Assembly (NCBI GenBank): GCA_046052125.1
Contig: JBJOMY010000001.1
Coordinates: 256,001-320,000, forward strand
Direction: 5' to 3'
Origin: Cyanobacteriota bacterium
GTDB lineage: Bacteria > Cyanobacteriota > Cyanobacteriia > PCC-6307 > Cyanobiaceae
DNA: 64,000 bases
Part shown: one piece after another, positions 19,693 through 29,749 of the stretch
Numbering within the stretch: position 1 is the first letter of the stretch
How the letters are laid out: each line of letters starts with the position of its first letter
Notes under the pieces: model-generated
Database searches by the model: none
What the model was told of the DNA's origin: nothing
Seen by the model: only the letters and a program-made list of their open reading frames with translations
Program-made: the position numbers and the translations under genes

Positions 19693-20672
19693 GCGCGCCG
19701 ATCGTGCTCGCCGATGGGCTGAGCAAGAGCTTCCGCGTGGCCGATAAACAACCGGGCCTCTCGGGCACGATGCGCCACCTGCTGCGGCGCAGCTACCGCG
19801 AGGTGGAGGCGGTGCGGGATCTCCAGTTCACGATCCAGCCCGGTGAGGTGGTGGGCTTTCTCGGGCCCAACGGCGCCGGCAAAACCACCACGCTGAAGAT
19901 GCTCAGCGGCCTGATCCATCCCAGCGCCGGGCGGGTGGAGGTGGCGGGCTGCCTGCCGCAACGGCGGCAGGAGCGTTTCCTACAGCAGATCACCCTGGTG
20001 ATGGGGAATCGGCAGCAGCTGATCTGGGATCTGCCGCCGCTCGATTCACTGCGGGTGAATGCGGCGGTGTATGGCATCGATCCGATCGAGGCCAAGCGGC
20101 GCATCCACGAGCTGGCGGAGATGCTCGAGCTGGGGGAGGAGCTGCAACGCCCGGTGCGCAAGCTCTCGCTGGGCCAGCGCATGAAGGCGGAGCTGCTGGC
20201 GGCGCTGTTGCACCAGCCCTCGGTGCTGTTTCTCGATGAACCCACGCTGGGGCTGGATGTGAATGCCCAGGCGCGGGTGCGCGATTTCCTCGCCGACTAC
20301 AACCGCCGCACCGGCGCCACCGTGCTGCTCACCAGCCACTACATGGGCGACATCACGGCGCTATGCGAACGGGTGCTGCTGATCCACCAGGGCCGGCTGT
20401 TTCACGATGGCTCCCTCGACGCGCTCACCAGTCGGCTGGCGCCCTGCCGCGAGGTGCGGCTGGAGCTGCGGCAGGTGCATCCGCGCGAGGCGTTTGAGGG
20501 TTTCGGCACGATCGAGGTGCATCAAGGCCACCAGGTGCGGTTGCTGATCCCGCGCGAACAGCTCACCCAGCAGGTGGGTTTGCTGCTCTCACGCTTTGAG
20601 GTGGTGGATCTGGAGGTGAGCGATCCGCCGATTGAGGAGCTGATCGGCGGCCTGTTCCGGCAGCAGGGCTGA
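19689..20672 (+). CDS. ABC-2 type transporter ATP-binding protein
   Basis: GPNGAGKTT, LSLGQRMK, FLDEPTLGLD, TSHYM. Confidence 0.92.
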   Translation: MSAPIVLADGLSKSFRVADKQPGLSGTMRHLLRRSYREVEAVRDLQFTIQPGEVVGFLGPNGAGKTTTLKMLSGLIHPSAGRVEVAGCLPQRRQERFLQQITLVMGNRQQLIWDLPPLDSLRVNAAVYGIDPIEAKRRIHELAEMLELGEELQRPVRKLSLGQRMKAELLAALLHQPSVLFLDEPTLGLDVNAQARVRDFLADYNRRTGATVLLTSHYMGDITALCERVLLIHQGRLFHDGSLDALTSRLAPCREVRLELRQVHPREAFEGFGTIEVHQGHQVRLLIPREQLTQQVGLLLSRFEVVDLEVSDPPIEELIGGLFRQQG

Positions 20673-20673
20673 G

Positions 20674-21489
20674 ATGGCACGCCGCAACGCGCTCAAGCCA
20701 CTGCAACGCGCTCTGCGAATCGCCGCTGCGCTCCTCTCGAGCCAGTACGCATACATGCTCGAATACCGCGCCGAGATCGCCCTCTGGGCCCTCTCGGGTG
20801 TATTGCCGCTGATCATGCTGGCGGTGTGGCAGGGCTCCAGTGGAGCCGCAGCCGCAGGGTTCACGCCGCAGGCCTTAGGGCGCTATTTCCTGGCTGCGTT
20901 TGTGGTGCGCCAGTTCAGCGTGGTGTGGCTGATCCACGTGTTTGAGGAAGACGCGCTCCAGGGCAAGCTCTCGCCGCAGTTGCTGCAACCGCTTCAGCCG
21001 CTCTGGCGCTACCTGGCGGCCCATGTGGCGGAGCAGGCCACGCGCGTGCCGTTTGTGGCGCTGATGTTGGCGGCGGTGTTTGTGCTCAAGCCGGGCTTGC
21101 TGTGGGTGCCCTCACCCGGGCAACTGCTGCTTGGGATCGTGGCGATTCAGGCGGCGTTTGTGTTGCGCTTCCTGCTGCAAACGCTGGTGGCGATGCTCTG
21201 CTTCTGGACTGAGCGGGCCGCCGCCCTGGATCGGCTGCTGCTGATTCCCTACCTGTTTCTCTCTGGGCTGGTGGCGCCGCTGGAGTCGTTCCCGCCGGCG
21301 GTGCGGCAGCTGGCGTTGTGGACGCCATTTCCGGCGATGGTGTCGTTCCCCGCGAAGCTGCTGGCGGGCGAGAGCGTGGATATAGGCGCTGGATTTCTCA
21401 ACCTCGCCCTCTGGTGCGCCGTGCTGTTCCCATTGAGCCGGCTGCTCTGGCGGGCAGGTGTACGCCGCTATTCGGCGATGGGGGCGTGA
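20674..21489 (+). CDS. ABC-2 type permease (DUF990-like)
   Basis: Multi-TM protein; FLSGLVAPL, GVRRYSAMGA C-terminus. Confidence 0.85.
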   Translation: MARRNALKPLQRALRIAAALLSSQYAYMLEYRAEIALWALSGVLPLIMLAVWQGSSGAAAAGFTPQALGRYFLAAFVVRQFSVVWLIHVFEEDALQGKLSPQLLQPLQPLWRYLAAHVAEQATRVPFVALMLAAVFVLKPGLLWVPSPGQLLLGIVAIQAAFVLRFLLQTLVAMLCFWTERAAALDRLLLIPYLFLSGLVAPLESFPPAVRQLALWTPFPAMVSFPAKLLAGESVDIGAGFLNLALWCAVLFPLSRLLWRAGVRRYSAMGA

Positions 21490-22289
21490 TGGCTGGGCGC
21501 CTTCGCCGTTACTGGCGCAGCCTGCTCTGCTTCTGGGCCACCTCCCTGGAGGCGGAGCTGGAATACCAGCTGAACCTGGTGATCGAACTGCTGGCGGTGC
21601 TCGGCAACCTGGCGGGCAGCCTGTTTGTGCTGGTGCTGCTGGCTGGGCCCAGCGGGGAACTGGGGGGCTGGAGTTGGAACAGCGCCCTGGTGGTGCTGGG
21701 GATCTACACGCTGCTCGATGGCTTCACGAGCTGCGTGCTCCAGCCGAACTTGAGCAAGATCGTGAGCCACGTGCAGAACGGCACCCTCGATTTCGTGCTG
21801 CTCAAACCGATCGATAGTCAGTTCTGGCTGTCAACCCGCAGCTTCTCCCCCTGGGGGCTGCCGGGTGTGATCGCGGGCCTGGTGCTGATCGGCTGGGCCC
21901 TGGTGCAGAACGGGCAGCCGCTGAGCGCCGGGGGCTTCACCCTGGCGGTGGCACTGCTGCTGGCCGGAGGCCTGATCCTCTACAGCCTCTGGTTTCTGTT
22001 GGCGGGCCTCTCGATCTGGTTCGTGAAGGTGTGGAACGCCACCGAGGTGCTGCGCTACACGCTGGTGGCCGGCCGCTACCCGATCGGCGCCTACCCGCCG
22101 GCGCTGCGGGTGGTGTTCACGCTGGTGCTGCCGGTGGCGTTTCTCACCACGGTGCCGGCGGAGGCGCTGCTGGGGCGGGCATCAGCGGCCTGGGCGTTGG
22201 GATCACTTGCAGCGGCGGCAATCAGCCTGGTGGGCACGCGACTGTTCTGGCAGTTCGCGCTGCGGCATTACACGTCGGCGTCGAGTTGA
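21489..22289 (+). CDS. ABC-2 type permease (DUF990-like)
   Basis: GTLDFVLLKPID, GRYP, HYTSASS C-terminus. Confidence 0.85.
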   Translation: MAGRLRRYWRSLLCFWATSLEAELEYQLNLVIELLAVLGNLAGSLFVLVLLAGPSGELGGWSWNSALVVLGIYTLLDGFTSCVLQPNLSKIVSHVQNGTLDFVLLKPIDSQFWLSTRSFSPWGLPGVIAGLVLIGWALVQNGQPLSAGGFTLAVALLLAGGLILYSLWFLLAGLSIWFVKVWNATEVLRYTLVAGRYPIGAYPPALRVVFTLVLPVAFLTTVPAEALLGRASAAWALGSLAAAAISLVGTRLFWQFALRHYTSASS

Positions 22290-22365
22290 GGTGGGCCTTC
22301 AGGAATCTCATCAAGGCGACGACCAATGCAAACCTCTACCGCGACTACCGAGCGGATCGAGGCAA

Positions 22366-25300
22366 TCAAGAACCCCTTGCAGACTCCGCCTGAACATCTC
22401 CAGATGTCTGTTCAACGGATAGGCGGGTGAAGCGATCTTGTTCAGGCTGAGCAGCAATCCGGCACAACCGGTTGATCTGCTCCGCTTCTTCGATCGTGTT
22501 AGCCAGGCCGCTCGTTAATCCGGGGGAGCCCACCACGATCGACAGGCATTGAGCCCGACTGATCGCCACATTCAGGCGGTTTGGTGAGAGCAGAAAGCCG
22601 AGGCCTCTGGGTGCGTCATCGCCACTGCTCGCCGTGAGCGACAGGATCGCAACCGGTGCCTCCTGTCCTTGGAACTTGTCCACAGTGCCAACTCTGGCTT
22701 TGCCGTCCAAGCGCTGGCGCAGGCGGTTGACCTGCACGTTGTAAGGAGCGATCACGAGGATCTCTTCTGAGGTCAGCCTGCCGCTGCCCTTGGCATGGCT
22801 GTAGGAGCCACCAAGAAGTGCAGACACGATCTGATCGATCCGCTCGATCTCGGCCTCACTGGTCACGCTGCAGCCGCTGTGGTGCACCGGTTCAAACACC
22901 AAGCCTCGATCTGGCAGGGCACTCCCCGAGGCAGACAGGCAAGGTCTGGCCCACTGAATGGTGTTCACAGCGTTGGCCGGGCTGGCCTGCAGGCGCCCGT
23001 CATAGAAGAGCTCGGAGACCACCGCCGTGATCGAGGGCTCCATCCGCCAGCTGGTGGAGAGAAACACGCCCTGATCCGCAGGCACCACATGGGCGCCCTG
23101 CATCAGGTAGTCGAGGCAGGAATCCCCAGAGGAGCCGGGGTGATCAGCCTGGGAGGGCTGAGCCAGCTGCTGCTGATCACCCACCAAAAGAATGGAGCGG
23201 GCGCAGCGAGCCATCACCAGCAGATTCGCCAGTGACATCTGTCCGGCCTCATCCACCACCAGCAGATCGAACTGATCAGCCAACGCCTCACGGCAGAACA
23301 TCCAGGCGGTCCCGCCCACCACGGCCATCGCAGGGGTGTTGCCATCGGGATGCACACACGGAATCCCTTTACCAGTGAGTGCCTCCTCCTGTTTGCTGCC
23401 ACTGCACTTCACCACCGCGCCGCTGAGTCCGCGCTCCGCGCAGGTGGCCTTGGCCTTAGTCAGCAGATTGTTGATGGCTGCGTGGCTATTGGAGCTGATC
23501 GCCACCCGCTTGCCCCGCGCCACGAGATCTGCGATCACCTGGCCTGTCACGGTGGTCTTGCCGGTGCCAGGCGGGCCTTGCAGCGCAATGGTGCAGCCGC
23601 TGCGGTTCGCAAGGAAATCAGCCAAGCGTGCAGACACACAGGCCGGATCGGCCGCCACGGCGTCATTCAGCGGCTTGAGCTCCGGAAGGGTTTGGCGTTC
23701 GAGCAGCTGCACCATCGCCTGAGGAATCGGTGACGCACCGCTCAGCCAGGCATTGGCCTGCTCAAGCAGGCTGTCGCGCAACTTCTCGGTGATGTCGGCA
23801 GGAACAGCGATCAGGCTGCAGAGCTGTTCGGGAATGCCATCGCCGATGCCCTCAGCGCGCCTTTGATCCCGTTTGCTCCAGGGCAGCTTCAGGGTGACTT
23901 GGCCCCGTTCGGCGTCGAGCGCATCAATATCGAGTTTGAGGCCCGTGTCTGCAATTTCGAGCTGCGGGGCGCGATCGGGATCCCGCGCTCCGATCTTCAG
24001 GGGTTGGGATGGATCAAAGGAAAAGGTGTGATAGTCCGCGCCGGTGCGCTGGCTCTCGCGGGGCTGAACGCTGCGCCAGCGCGCTTCCGCGATGGATTCG
24101 CCGTCATCGATCAGATCAGCGGGGCTGAGTTCGGCCTTGTTGCGTCGATCGAAGTAGGCCCACCAGGCCACCTTGGCCTCACGGTGGTGAAAGGGCAGGA
24201 GCTGGGCGAGAAGCCTCTGAACACGCCAACTCAGTCCGCGTGGTCCGCACTCCTCTTGCGCCAACAGCAACGCTTCAGAGGCATTAGCCGCTGGATCGCT
24301 CTGCAGAGCCTCAGGAAGCTCGCCGATGAAATCCTCGCTCAGACGCTCCAGTGGCCAGGGTTCCTTTGCAGGCTGTTCTGCTTTGTCCTGCTCAAGTGGT
24401 TGCTCCGGTAGGCCTTGCCCACGCCGCAGATCGAGCAGCCAGTCGTGCAGAAAAACCGTGGACTCGCAGTCTTCCCGGTTGTAGTTCTCGATACCCAGAA
24501 GTAACGGGCTGCCTTCAGGTGCTTCACCCGGCAGGCGAGATTCGCCTGAGTTCTGCCAGTTGAGGTAGGCCACCAGCGAATCGCCGGCATTAGTCACCTC
24601 AGCCGCGCGCTGCTCCATGTAGAGGTGCTCCACCTTCTTGATCGAGTAGCTGGGCTCACCGAGCACGATCGAGCCGGTCACCGCCGGCAGCAGATCAACA
24701 AGCAGGCCTGAGCGCAGCCACTCATCGATCACCGCTTCTCGGGTGGAGTGTTGCTGCGCCAGCCGGCGCATGGCCGTTTTCTCGTAGCTGGCGTAGTGGT
24801 AGATCCTCAGGCCCGGATAGCGGCTTCGGCGTTCTTCCACCCAGTCCACCCAGGCTTCAAAGGCTTTCTTTTCTTCTGCTGGGGTGTGAGCCCACCAGGC
24901 CTTGAATTGAGGCGCGCTATCGGGAACCTCACGAAAGCAGGCACCGAAGAGGTACTCGAGCTTGGTGCCGGCCACCGCATCCTGAATCCCTTCCATGTCG
25001 AACCAGATGTCACCGGCATCGGCGGCTGGCAAAGCAGCCAGACCTTTGCCTGGGACAACCGGCCGCAGGCGATAGGCGGGACGGCCGTTGGCATCAGGGG
25101 GAGTGATCTGCAGCTGAGCCTGTTGGCGTAGCTCGTGCAGGGCTTCTGGATTCAGCCCAGGGACGGCGGTTCCTGCCGGTACAGCCGCCAGTTCTTCGAT
25201 GGTGGTGACGCCCGCAGCGCGGAGCTTGAGGCGCTGGTTCTGGCGCATGTTCGCCACCAGCATCAGGTCACGTTGATCAGCCAGTCGTTGCTCAATCCAC

Positions 25301-25953
25301 GCCGTCCAGCCGCCGTGATCTCCGGGCATGTCCTCAGGAACCTTCTGCGGATCAAACGCCTCTCGAAAGGCGCGGTAGCGCTGCCTCAGCGACTGATACC
25401 AGGCCCAGAACTGGTCGCTTCGGTAGCGCTGAAAGCGACCGCCGCCGAGGTAGAGCTCGAAGTGATCAGGCCGCTTGCCAAGAACTGGGGTGAGTAGTTC
25501 GCAGTAGGCCGAGGCCTGCACCAAGAAGGTCGTCTTGGGCTTTGAGGCGAGCTTGCACTCGATCGGGATGTAGCTCCACGCGCCTAAATCCGATGGCTCG
25601 TCGATGCGTCGTAGCAAGTCAGCGGAACCGCGCATCTCCTCGTTGCAGAGCGAGGCCTGATGGATGAAATCAAACCCCTCCGCCATCGCTGCTTTGGTGG
25701 CGGCATAGTCGGCTTGGTTTTGCTTCCCAGGTAGGCGAGCAACGCGATAGCCCTGGGCTTCGAGCTTGTCGAGCAACACCCGCTCGTGGCGGATGCCGTC
25801 ATCGAACAGTTGCTGATCGAGGGCACTGACTTCGGGCTTGACACCCGCAAATACTCCGCGAGCTTCGAGCTCCTCCCACCAAGCACCGATCACTGGGCTG
25901 CGGGAGAAGAGGGAGAGCTTGCTGGGGGTAATGAGAGGCTTGCGGACTTCCAT
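22366..25953 (-). CDS. TM0106-type RecB/Cas4-like nuclease fused to RNaseH-like domain and SF1 (DNA2/Upf1-like) helicase
   Basis: GSADLL..IECKL..QASAY (PD-D/ExK); FDMEG..YNREDC (DEDD-like); QGPPGTGKT, VDEAGQ, GDQQQL, TVDKFQGQE, NRLNVAISRA. Confidence 0.9.
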   Translation of the reverse strand: MEVRKPLITPSKLSLFSRSPVIGAWWEELEARGVFAGVKPEVSALDQQLFDDGIRHERVLLDKLEAQGYRVARLPGKQNQADYAATKAAMAEGFDFIHQASLCNEEMRGSADLLRRIDEPSDLGAWSYIPIECKLASKPKTTFLVQASAYCELLTPVLGKRPDHFELYLGGGRFQRYRSDQFWAWYQSLRQRYRAFREAFDPQKVPEDMPGDHGGWTAWIEQRLADQRDLMLVANMRQNQRLKLRAAGVTTIEELAAVPAGTAVPGLNPEALHELRQQAQLQITPPDANGRPAYRLRPVVPGKGLAALPAADAGDIWFDMEGIQDAVAGTKLEYLFGACFREVPDSAPQFKAWWAHTPAEEKKAFEAWVDWVEERRSRYPGLRIYHYASYEKTAMRRLAQQHSTREAVIDEWLRSGLLVDLLPAVTGSIVLGEPSYSIKKVEHLYMEQRAAEVTNAGDSLVAYLNWQNSGESRLPGEAPEGSPLLLGIENYNREDCESTVFLHDWLLDLRRGQGLPEQPLEQDKAEQPAKEPWPLERLSEDFIGELPEALQSDPAANASEALLLAQEECGPRGLSWRVQRLLAQLLPFHHREAKVAWWAYFDRRNKAELSPADLIDDGESIAEARWRSVQPRESQRTGADYHTFSFDPSQPLKIGARDPDRAPQLEIADTGLKLDIDALDAERGQVTLKLPWSKRDQRRAEGIGDGIPEQLCSLIAVPADITEKLRDSLLEQANAWLSGASPIPQAMVQLLERQTLPELKPLNDAVAADPACVSARLADFLANRSGCTIALQGPPGTGKTTVTGQVIADLVARGKRVAISSNSHAAINNLLTKAKATCAERGLSGAVVKCSGSKQEEALTGKGIPCVHPDGNTPAMAVVGGTAWMFCREALADQFDLLVVDEAGQMSLANLLVMARCARSILLVGDQQQLAQPSQADHPGSSGDSCLDYLMQGAHVVPADQGVFLSTSWRMEPSITAVVSELFYDGRLQASPANAVNTIQWARPCLSASGSALPDRGLVFEPVHHSGCSVTSEAEIERIDQIVSALLGGSYSHAKGSGRLTSEEILVIAPYNVQVNRLRQRLDGKARVGTVDKFQGQEAPVAILSLTASSGDDAPRGLGFLLSPNRLNVAISRAQCLSIVVGSPGLTSGLANTIEEAEQINRLCRIAAQPEQDRFTRLSVEQTSGDVQAESARGS

Positions 25954-25956
25954 GTC

Positions 25957-27789
25957 TCACAGATCCCAGATGCCCTTCAAAAGTGATACGTATTCACTCT
26001 GATTCTTGCGAACAACATCTGGGGTCCAGCGATCTCCTGCGTTGAGAACTTTCGTTACCGAGGGGAAGGCTGCAACTTTACCGGTTTCATCTTTTCCGGC
26101 TTCATCTTTTCCGGCTTCATCGTCGTTGGCGTTCTTTCGCGACCGGCCCGTAAAATATACCTCTTTCTTTGTTTTAAAGTCATAGTTTTGCGCTTGCGAG
26201 TTCTTCCGCCTGGAAAGCAGCACAAGGTTCCCTATCTTATTCTTTAACTCATCATGATCGTATTCATTCCACTCGGCTTTCCAGTCCCGACTGAGCGTCT
26301 GCGGTGCAACGTGCTCAATCGACGCACGGCGGTGAGAAAGGCTAACGCTAATCCCTCCATCCGCGAGAGCAGAATCAAGCCTTAGCATCACATAGAAAGC
26401 ATGGGGTTCACCATAAAGACTTCCACTAATTATTTCCAGAACTTGTTCTGCATCTTTCTGATTAATAGACTGGTGGAGTGCGGTCAAAGCCTCCTGCTGG
26501 CTTCCGTCAACGGCGGTTAGTGCGGTCAGTATTGGGCCATACCGCCTAGCTCGCTGATTAACATTCTCGCCCAAGATCAGCGAAACAGCAGCCGTGCGCT
26601 CCAGTAGCCTGAAAAAGTCATGAACACCACCCATTTGATAGCGATTTCGACTTAAGAACGAGATAGCGGCGGGTTGCCAGTCTGAATTCCCAATATTCTC
26701 AAGAAGTGGTAAGTAAAGGCGATTAACCTTCTCCCTCCCATCCGGGTTGGGAGTCTCAATGGCCCTCTTTAGAATCAACTCATAGGCATCCGAACTCTCG
26801 ACCAGCACGCTTTCAACGAATTCTTTTGCCACGGCTGGCGTCAAGCTACCGCGGCCTTGGCTTCCGATTTGCAAAACGTCTTTCTTAAAATCGTCAAAGA
26901 GATTCTTGGTGGAGCGTCGCTTAGACTTGATTCGGTGTATGTGCGAGAAGAGAAGCTCGAAATATCGCCTCGACTCTGTGGGGTCATCAGATCCCGATGA
27001 AGCAAGCCTCGTGAGATCCGCTTCTTCTTGCTCCCAAATCTGATTTATATACTCGCGCTCTGTATCGTCGCCAAACTGCTCTAGTATCAAAGCTTTGATT
27101 AGGTCTGAGACTCCCAAAGAGAGCCCTCTATTATTCATCGTCGAAAAAATACGATAAGCACTTTCGAAGTCGGTGCTTGCAACTATTACAAGGCATGCCT
27201 TGTGCTTGACGAAGCCCAGAAAATCTCTGAGTCGGCATGTATCAATCCTGTCTTCAGAGGTAAACTCTTTTTGGATTTCATCCCGCATCAATAGCGCATT
27301 TGAGCGCATGCATTTCTGGCTAGAGGGGAGAACCGCCTCCATCTGGCCTAGAGAGTCAAACTCCTCTGCGCTCCGAATGAACTTATTGAAGAACCAATCG
27401 TCAGAGTTCTTGCCAGTAGATCTGAGCCTGAGGCCAGCGTACCTGCTGTTCGCAGATTCGCTGATTAAAAGAGCAGAAAGGTCAGGCCGATCTTTAACGT
27501 CCACGAGGCTTCGAATAGCGGCTAAGAGTATCGACAGGGTCGTCAGCCTTTGCTGGCCATCAACCACTTCTGCTTCGACTGACGACGAACTTCGCTTGAC
27601 AACAACAATGCTTCCCAGAAAATACTCTTGCTCTGGAGATTCCTCGAAAGCATCAAGAAGATCTTGAACAAGAGACTTTGCCTGCTCTTTCCCCCAGGCG
27701 TAAGGCCTTTGGTAAGCAGGAATAACAAACTGATAATGGCTTGGGCTCAGAATCTCATAGATCTTCTTATGCGCAGCCGAGATTGACAT
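25957..27789 (-). CDS. GmrSD-family modification-dependent (Type IV) restriction protein, DUF262-DUF1524
   Basis: IPAYQRPYAW, VVDGQQRLTT, FSTMNNRG; C-terminal SIEHVAPQ..IGNLVLL..N (HNH-like). Confidence 0.9.
   Translation of the reverse strand: MSISAAHKKIYEILSPSHYQFVIPAYQRPYAWGKEQAKSLVQDLLDAFEESPEQEYFLGSIVVVKRSSSSVEAEVVDGQQRLTTLSILLAAIRSLVDVKDRPDLSALLISESANSRYAGLRLRSTGKNSDDWFFNKFIRSAEEFDSLGQMEAVLPSSQKCMRSNALLMRDEIQKEFTSEDRIDTCRLRDFLGFVKHKACLVIVASTDFESAYRIFSTMNNRGLSLGVSDLIKALILEQFGDDTEREYINQIWEQEEADLTRLASSGSDDPTESRRYFELLFSHIHRIKSKRRSTKNLFDDFKKDVLQIGSQGRGSLTPAVAKEFVESVLVESSDAYELILKRAIETPNPDGREKVNRLYLPLLENIGNSDWQPAAISFLSRNRYQMGGVHDFFRLLERTAAVSLILGENVNQRARRYGPILTALTAVDGSQQEALTALHQSINQKDAEQVLEIISGSLYGEPHAFYVMLRLDSALADGGISVSLSHRRASIEHVAPQTLSRDWKAEWNEYDHDELKNKIGNLVLLSRRKNSQAQNYDFKTKKEVYFTGRSRKNANDDEAGKDEAGKDETGKVAAFPSVTKVLNAGDRWTPDVVRKNQSEYVSLLKGIWDL
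26081..26121. repeat. 15-bp tandem repeat (CCGGCTTCATCTTTT, about 2.7 copies) encoding DEAGK-DEAGK-DETGK
   Basis: Directly visible in the sequence. Confidence 0.9.
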
Positions 27790-27814
27790 AAATAGCTTTG
27801 GTGTTGGATGAAGG

Positions 27815-28450
27815 CTAGATCGAAAGCGTCAGGGCTGCGAGTTTTCCACTAACAAACGCACCTGTATCAATTCCTATCCGATAGGGGTAGCGAGCCACTG
27901 AGTAATCGCTCCGGTAGGTGTGCCCATGCACAACGGTGAACGGCAGACCGTGATCACCCTTCAGAAACGGGCTGCGTATCCAGAGGAGATCTTCAGGCCG
28001 TTGAGCGGTCAGAGGCACGCCAGGACGGACACCCGCATGAACAAACAGGTAGGAACCGCGCTGCGTGACCAGCGGCAGGCGCTGCAGCCAATCACGGTGG
28101 TCTCGGGCTACGGGCAGGAACGCCACATCTCCACCGTTCCATTCCCAAAGCTCCGTGGCTTCGCCTGGGGTGTCCTCCGCAAGTGCGTCAAGCAGCATCT
28201 GCTCGTGGTTGCCCCGCAGCACCGTGACTCCTGCCAGCCCATAGGCCGCAGCGTTGTCCTGGAGCTCGCGCACGAGCTCAATCACCTCCAAGTCACCATT
28301 CGGCTCAGGGGAACGGTCGATCAGATCACCGAGCAGGATCAGCTCTGCTCCGCTCCCGAGGTGTGGCCAGAGCGCCTCGCGCAGCAACGTCGCGCAGCCA
28401 TGCACATCCCCGATCGCCACCACTGGGGTGTTGGTCTCAGTCGTTGTCAT
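27815..28450 (-). CDS. Calcineurin-like metallophosphoesterase (PPP/PrpA/ApaH-like)
   Basis: GDVHG, GDLIDR, RGNHE, HAG, HGHT, IDTG motifs. Confidence 0.9.
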   Translation of the reverse strand: MTTTETNTPVVAIGDVHGCATLLREALWPHLGSGAELILLGDLIDRSPEPNGDLEVIELVRELQDNAAAYGLAGVTVLRGNHEQMLLDALAEDTPGEATELWEWNGGDVAFLPVARDHRDWLQRLPLVTQRGSYLFVHAGVRPGVPLTAQRPEDLLWIRSPFLKGDHGLPFTVVHGHTYRSDYSVARYPYRIGIDTGAFVSGKLAALTLSI

Positions 28451-29690
28451 CAACCGCCTCCCACACGCTGAGGCTGGAGCGCAGCGATTCACGGCGCAGG
28501 CGCTTACGGCTGAGGTTGCGGTCCTGCTGCATCAGCGCACGTTTCTCGGCCAGGAGTTGCCGTTCGCGCTGGATCGCCGCGCTCTGAGGGAGGTCCGCGA
28601 GCCGTTCATCCATGGAGGCAAGGCTGAATAGCGCGCCCTGGAGATCGCCTTGATCCAGGGCCTCGATGGCCTGGCGGCGTTCACGGTTGGCCTGGAGCAG
28701 GGCGAATTGCTCAGCCACAACTGGATCGCACTCCAGATCCAACAGTTCAGCCTTCGGTTGCACCGGCAGGGTGAGGTGCTCCACCAGGCTCTGGCGACCC
28801 TGTTGCTCAGGGCTATCCCAGGCCAGGCGCACGCTGGCGATCTCCTGATTCGCGGCCCAGGCTGGAAGCTCCAGGCGCACACCCACGTGCAGCTCCTGGC
28901 CATGGCGCAGGTTGGGGAGCTGGAAGTTCCCGGCCACGGTCTGCGGCAGATCATTGAGCACATCGACCAGCTCGGCGCCGTGTTTGGCGCGGATGCCGAG
29001 GCTCACCTTGCGGCCGATCGTGCTCGCCAACCCCTGGAGCTCGCTGGCGTAGAGATCGGCAAGCTGCCTGGGGGATTCGATCTGCGCGAGGGTCCCGTCA
29101 CCTGCGGCGGCGATCGCACCCATCAGGTCTTCATCGAACCCGCTGCCCAGGCCAAAGGCGCTGGTGCTGATCCCCCGCTGCGTCAGCCCCTCCACCTTGG
29201 CGGCGATGGCGCCTGCCTCGGTGAGGCCTTCGTTGGCCTGACCATCGGAGAGCAGCATCACCCGGTTGAGCGCTGTTGGATCCAGCTGCTGCGCCACCTG
29301 GGTGGCACCGGCCAGCCATCCGTCGAACAGGGCCGTGCATCCACCAGCGTCGATCGTGTTGATTGCACTGATGAAGGTCAGCGGATCGCGCACCGGTTGC
29401 GAGGGCACCAGCACGTTCACCTCATCGTCAAAGGTGACGATCGCCAGCCGGTCACGCGCCGTGAGCTCACCGGCCAGGAAGCGGGCCGCTTTGCGGGCAT
29501 AGCTGAGCTTGCTCCCGGCCATAGAGCCGGAGCGATCGATCACCAGCGCCAGATTCAGCGGTGGCCGCGGGCGGGTGGACAGCTCTGGCGGCAACGGCGG
29601 AGCGCTGATCTGGATCAGCAGATCCAGGGTGGTGGCGCCATCAGCCGCCACCGCCGGCCGCAGCGGCCGGAAGTACAGGGAGGGTTGCAT
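28437..29690 (-). CDS. von Willebrand factor A domain protein (cytoplasmic)
   Basis: MIDAS DRSGS, GCTAL, LLSDGQAN; no signal peptide; helical C-terminus. Confidence 0.9.
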   Translation of the reverse strand: MQPSLYFRPLRPAVAADGATTLDLLIQISAPPLPPELSTRPRPPLNLALVIDRSGSMAGSKLSYARKAARFLAGELTARDRLAIVTFDDEVNVLVPSQPVRDPLTFISAINTIDAGGCTALFDGWLAGATQVAQQLDPTALNRVMLLSDGQANEGLTEAGAIAAKVEGLTQRGISTSAFGLGSGFDEDLMGAIAAAGDGTLAQIESPRQLADLYASELQGLASTIGRKVSLGIRAKHGAELVDVLNDLPQTVAGNFQLPNLRHGQELHVGVRLELPAWAANQEIASVRLAWDSPEQQGRQSLVEHLTLPVQPKAELLDLECDPVVAEQFALLQANRERRQAIEALDQGDLQGALFSLASMDERLADLPQSAAIQRERQLLAEKRALMQQDRNLSRKRLRRESLRSSLSVWEAVDDND

Positions 29691-29749
29691 GATTTTGGTT
29701 GAGAAAAACGTTGGGTGATCGGTTCTGCTCGGCCGATCAGAGGAGGAAT

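Noticed and set aside
22290..22393. Possible gene-end remnant at the left island junction
   Set aside because: Short, no start, no recognisable similarity; no flanking direct repeat found.
22366..25953. Cas4-like nuclease as evidence of CRISPR-Cas
   Set aside because: No repeat-spacer array or other cas genes; the domain is part of a TM0106-type fusion.
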